Source of the DNA: a bacterium
GTDB taxonomy: Bacteria > UBA8248 > JACPRG01 > G963555815
DNA length: 64,000 bases
Direction: 5' to 3'
NCBI GenBank assembly: GCA_965261595.1
Contig: CBDHDG010000006.1
Location: 1,344,001-1,408,000 of the forward strand
The translations under genes and the position numbers were made by a program. Under the pieces are notes generated by a model, which was given only the letters and a program-made list of their open reading frames with translations, ran no database searches and had not been told where the DNA came from. Below, one piece after another: positions 60,492 through 64,000 of this stretch. Within the stretch, counting starts at the first letter, position 1. Each line of letters opens with the position of its first letter.

Positions 60492-61715
60492 ATGAAGGGC
60501 ATTCAAAGGAACCTCAGAAAACCGCGCCTGTGGGGACTTTCGGTCCTCCTCGCGCTTGTGCTGGTCTGGCCGGCCTTGTCGGGCGGTCCGTCGGCCCGGG
60601 CGGCGGAGATGGTGAAGATCGGCGCGGTGGCGCCGAAATCCGGACCCCTGGGGGCCGGCGCCGCAATCACACACTGGCCCAACATCAAGCTCTGGGTCAC
60701 ACAGGTCAACGCGAGGGGTGGGCTGAAGCTCAAGAGCGGCCGGGCGAAGATCAAGCTCATCGAATACGACGACCGGACCAACCCCGGCGAGACCATCAAG
60801 GCGGTGCAGCGGCTGGCGACCCAGGACAAGGTGGACTTCATCCTCGCGCCCTACGGATCGGGCCTCAACCTCGCGGCGGCGCCGATCTTCGCCAAATACG
60901 GCTACCCGCAGATCACCTCGACAACGATCACCGACAAGTCCGACGTGCTCACCAAACGCTACCCCGGCATCTTCTTCACCCTCGGCAGCACCACGTCGTT
61001 CGCCGGCGCGGTCGCCGAGATCCTCAAGAAGATGAAGGACGAGGGGAAGATCGGCAACCGTGTCGCCATGGTCAATGTGGCCGACGCTTTCGGGATCGAG
61101 CTGGCCAACGCCGCCCGCCCGATCTTCAAGCGGGCCGGCTTCCAGATCGTCTACGACAAGTCCTATCCGCTCGGCACGCGGGACCTTTCGCCGGTGATCA
61201 AGGGCGCCAATCCGGACGCCTTCGTCGCTTGGTCCTATCCGCCCGACACCTTCGGGCTGACGGCGCAGGCCAAGATCAACGGGCTCAACGTCAAGGCCTT
61301 CTACACCGCGGTCGCAACCGCCTTCCCCGCCTATCTCGGAAAGTTCGGCAAGTCGATCGAAGGCGTCCTCGGCGCCAGCGGCGTCAACCCAGACACGCCC
61401 GAGATGAAGGCCTATTTCAAGGCCCACAAGGAAGTGAACGGCAAACCCGCCGATTACTGGGCGTCCGCCATGGTCTATGCAACCTATCAGATCCTCGAGA
61501 AGGCCATCGAAGGCGTCGGATCGACGGACCGCAAAGCGGTGACGGCCTATATCAAAAACAACACCTTCGATACGGTCGTGGGCCCGATCAAGTTCGTCAA
61601 TCAGAACAACGAGAAGTTCTGGACGGTCGGCCAGTGGCAGAACGGGGTGTTCTACGGCGTGAGCTCCACCGGCCGCCCGGGGGCCAAGCCGGTCAAGCTC
61701 AAGTCGGGCTGGTAA
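60492..61715 (+). CDS. Branched-chain amino-acid-type ABC substrate-binding protein
   Basis: Signal peptide, KIGAVAPKSG, VNARGG, YDDRT. Confidence 0.9.
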   Translation: MKGIQRNLRKPRLWGLSVLLALVLVWPALSGGPSARAAEMVKIGAVAPKSGPLGAGAAITHWPNIKLWVTQVNARGGLKLKSGRAKIKLIEYDDRTNPGETIKAVQRLATQDKVDFILAPYGSGLNLAAAPIFAKYGYPQITSTTITDKSDVLTKRYPGIFFTLGSTTSFAGAVAEILKKMKDEGKIGNRVAMVNVADAFGIELANAARPIFKRAGFQIVYDKSYPLGTRDLSPVIKGANPDAFVAWSYPPDTFGLTAQAKINGLNVKAFYTAVATAFPAYLGKFGKSIEGVLGASGVNPDTPEMKAYFKAHKEVNGKPADYWASAMVYATYQILEKAIEGVGSTDRKAVTAYIKNNTFDTVVGPIKFVNQNNEKFWTVGQWQNGVFYGVSSTGRPGAKPVKLKSGW

Positions 61716-61914
61716 TTTCCACGCGGATACGCCCGGCGCGGGCATGACGGCCGCGCCGGGCGTTGACCGTTGCTGAATAGAAATACACCGTGGGTGACCT
61801 CTCCCCCCTCCAGGGGGGAGGGTTAGCGGGGGGGGGGGGGATGCCGCCTCACGCACCGTCCGCGAACTCAAGAACGGCCATTCCCGGCGGCCACGGGATC
61901 AAATCACGACCATC

Positions 61915-62781
61915 ATGGACCTCATCATCACCGGATTGCTGCTGGGCGGCATCTACGCCCTGATCGCGATGGGGCTGCAGCTTCAATGCGGTGTCGCGAG
62001 GATCATGAACCTGGCCAACGGGGAGATCCTGGTGGCCGGCGCGTTCGGCGCGTTCTGGTTCTACACCAGCGCCCGGTTGAGTCCGTTCCTGTCGATCGTC
62101 TTCGTTGCACCGCTCGCCTTCGTCCTGAACTGGGCGATCTACCGGTACTTGATGCAGCCGCTGGTCAGCCGCGCCAAGAGCCATGGCCAGCTCGACGTCG
62201 ACAGCATCCTGGCGACGTTCGGCTTGAGCTTCATCATGGTCGGGATCATGCTGGCCGTATTCGGCGGCGAGTATTTCAGCTATTCCTATCTCGAGCGGCC
62301 GTACACGATCCTGGGCCAGCCTTACGGCCTCAACCGGATCGCCGCGTTCCTGATGTCCGCGGCGATCGGCCTCGCCCTCTACATCTGGCTCAACCGGACC
62401 CGGACCGGGTTGTCCTTGCGCGCGGTCGCCGTCAATCCGATGGCGGCCGGGCTCGTCGGCATCAACGTGCCGCGGGCCTCGGCGCTGGCCTTTGCGCTGG
62501 GCGGCGCCGTGACCGCGGCCGGCGGCGCCTCGATCAGCGCATTCCTGACAACCGACGCCTCGATCGGCATCATCTTCACGCTGAAGGCGTTGATCATCGT
62601 CATCATGGGCGGGGTGGCCGAGATCAGGGGCGCCATCGCCGCCGCGTTCATCCTCGGCCTCGCCGAGACCGCGGTCGCCAGCCTGATCGATCCCGGGCTG
62701 ACCCTGGCCGCGGCCTACCTGCTGTTCATCATCGTCCTGCTGTTGAAGCCCGAGGGCCTGTTCGGAAGGCGGGCATCTTGA
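61915..62781 (+). CDS. LivH-like ABC permease
   Basis: GGIYALIAMGL, IMNLANGE, KPEGLFG. Confidence 0.9.
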   Translation: MDLIITGLLLGGIYALIAMGLQLQCGVARIMNLANGEILVAGAFGAFWFYTSARLSPFLSIVFVAPLAFVLNWAIYRYLMQPLVSRAKSHGQLDVDSILATFGLSFIMVGIMLAVFGGEYFSYSYLERPYTILGQPYGLNRIAAFLMSAAIGLALYIWLNRTRTGLSLRAVAVNPMAAGLVGINVPRASALAFALGGAVTAAGGASISAFLTTDASIGIIFTLKALIIVIMGGVAEIRGAIAAAFILGLAETAVASLIDPGLTLAAAYLLFIIVLLLKPEGLFGRRAS

Positions 62782-63707
62782 CCGGCCGCGAGAAGCGCGG
62801 CTTCGTCGTCGTCGGGCTGGTGTTCGGCGCCGTCGCGTTCCTGCCGCTGCTAGACTCCGGGGTGTGGCTTTCCCTCGGGGTCGATCTCGCCATGTACACC
62901 GTGCTCGCGACCGCGTGGACATTGTTCTCAGGTCCGACACACTACATCTCGCTCGCCACCGCCGCCTTTTTCGGGCTCGGCATGTACGTGGTCGGCGGCG
63001 GCGTCGAGCTGTTGCCTTTTCCCGTCCTCGTACTGCTGGCGGCGATCGTCGGCGCGGCGCTGTCGGCGATCATCGGTCTGGCGACGCTCCGCATCTCGGG
63101 CGTCTACTTCGTCATCTTCACGCTGGGTCTCGCGGAGCTCATTCGCCAGATCGTAACCTGGGTGCAGACCACCATGGGGAGGAGCAGCGGGCTCTACGTC
63201 CTGACCAACATCACCGAGCCGATGATCTACTGGCAGCTTCTGGCGCTCGCGGCGCTGGTCTACCTGATCGGCTGGTGGATCGGACGGTCCCGGCTCGGGT
63301 TCGCGCTTCGCATCATCGGCAACGACGAGGTGGTCGCCGTCCACAGCGGCATCGACACCGCCCGCGCCAAGGTCCTGCTGTTCATCATCTCCGGCGCCAT
63401 CGCCTCGATCACCGGCGCGATCCTGGCGCCGCGCTGGACCTATATCGAGCCGACCATCGCCTTCAGCCCGATGATCTCCTTTCTGGTGGTCATCATGGCG
63501 CTGCTCGGTGGCGCCCACAGGCTTTGGGGACCCTTGGTCGGCGTGATTCCCTTCTATATGCTGTGGGACCTGATATCGGCCCACTTCCCCAATCAGACGA
63601 TGTTGGTGATGGGTGTCGCCTTCCTTCTCATCGTCTATCTCATCCCCAACGGCGTGGCCGGTCTGATCGAGAAATCGACGCATCGCCTCAAGCGGGGAGA
63701 CGGGTAG
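62778..63707 (+). CDS. LivM-like ABC permease
   Basis: SLATAAFFGLG, GVYFVIFTL, SRLGFALR, PNGVAG. Confidence 0.85.
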   Translation: MTGREKRGFVVVGLVFGAVAFLPLLDSGVWLSLGVDLAMYTVLATAWTLFSGPTHYISLATAAFFGLGMYVVGGGVELLPFPVLVLLAAIVGAALSAIIGLATLRISGVYFVIFTLGLAELIRQIVTWVQTTMGRSSGLYVLTNITEPMIYWQLLALAALVYLIGWWIGRSRLGFALRIIGNDEVVAVHSGIDTARAKVLLFIISGAIASITGAILAPRWTYIEPTIAFSPMISFLVVIMALLGGAHRLWGPLVGVIPFYMLWDLISAHFPNQTMLVMGVAFLLIVYLIPNGVAGLIEKSTHRLKRGDG

Positions 63708-63711
63708 CGCC

Positions 63712-64000
63712 ATGGCCGGCGATCTCGCACTGAGCGTCAGCGATGTCACCAAGGCCTTCGGCGGCCTCGTGGCCGTCGATGCGCTGTCGTTCGATCTGGT
63801 CGAGCACGAGGTGCTGGGCCTGATCGGTCCCAACGGCTCGGGCAAGACCACGATGATGAACCTGATCTCCGGCGCGCTGAAGCTCGATTCGGGCCGCATT
63901 CATCTCTACGACCAGGAGATCTCCCGGTCTCCGGCCCGAGTCATCGCCCGGATGGGGGTCGCCCGCACCTTTCAGATCGTCCGCATGCTGCCGTCGCTGA
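63712..64000 (+). CDS. LivG-like ABC ATP-binding protein (partial, runs off the window)
   Basis: FGGLVAV, GLIGPNGSGKTT, GVARTFQ. Confidence 0.9.
   Translation, partial: MAGDLALSVSDVTKAFGGLVAVDALSFDLVEHEVLGLIGPNGSGKTTMMNLISGALKLDSGRIHLYDQEISRSPARVIARMGVARTFQIVRMLPSL

Overview
GC-rich bacterial accessory region with no rRNA, intact tRNA or CRISPR array. It is crowded with IS elements (four IS3-family, two IS481, one IS1380, plus IS256, IS66 and DUF4338 remnants) and many frameshifted or nonsense genes. About 0.3-14.2 kb is a decayed defence/mobile island: PD-(D/E)XK-like nuclease, HNH nuclease, trypsin-like protease, RES and HEPN fragments, a large serine recombinase, an RNase H-like DUF429-type gene, an SRA-like/HNH nuclease and a cysteine desulfurase remnant. 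About 14.4-23.3 kb is a GntR-headed operon with two SdhA/AprA-family flavoprotein-ferredoxin pairs, a NitT/TauT ABC transporter and a ComDE-like ThDP decarboxylase. A second ComDE-like pair lies with a Rieske oxygenase and a binding protein at 30.6-34.1 kb. About 41.9-52.6 kb is an operon with two PLP fold-II enzymes, an amidohydrolase-fold protein, three tandem DUF1445 (D-glutamate cyclase-like) paralogs, a Zn-dehydrogenase, a UbiD decarboxylase, a small Zn-ribbon protein and a GMC oxidoreductase. The window ends with hicBA, a CHAT/OmpA/metallopeptidase remnant containing a 7-bp tandem repeat, a RidA-VOC-thiolase-OB-fold cluster and a Liv-type ABC transporter. The best candidates for undescribed systems are the twin-flavoprotein/ComDE operon, the triple-DUF1445/UbiD operon and the HNH + DUF429-like pair. 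All family calls come from motif recognition by eye; no database searches were run.
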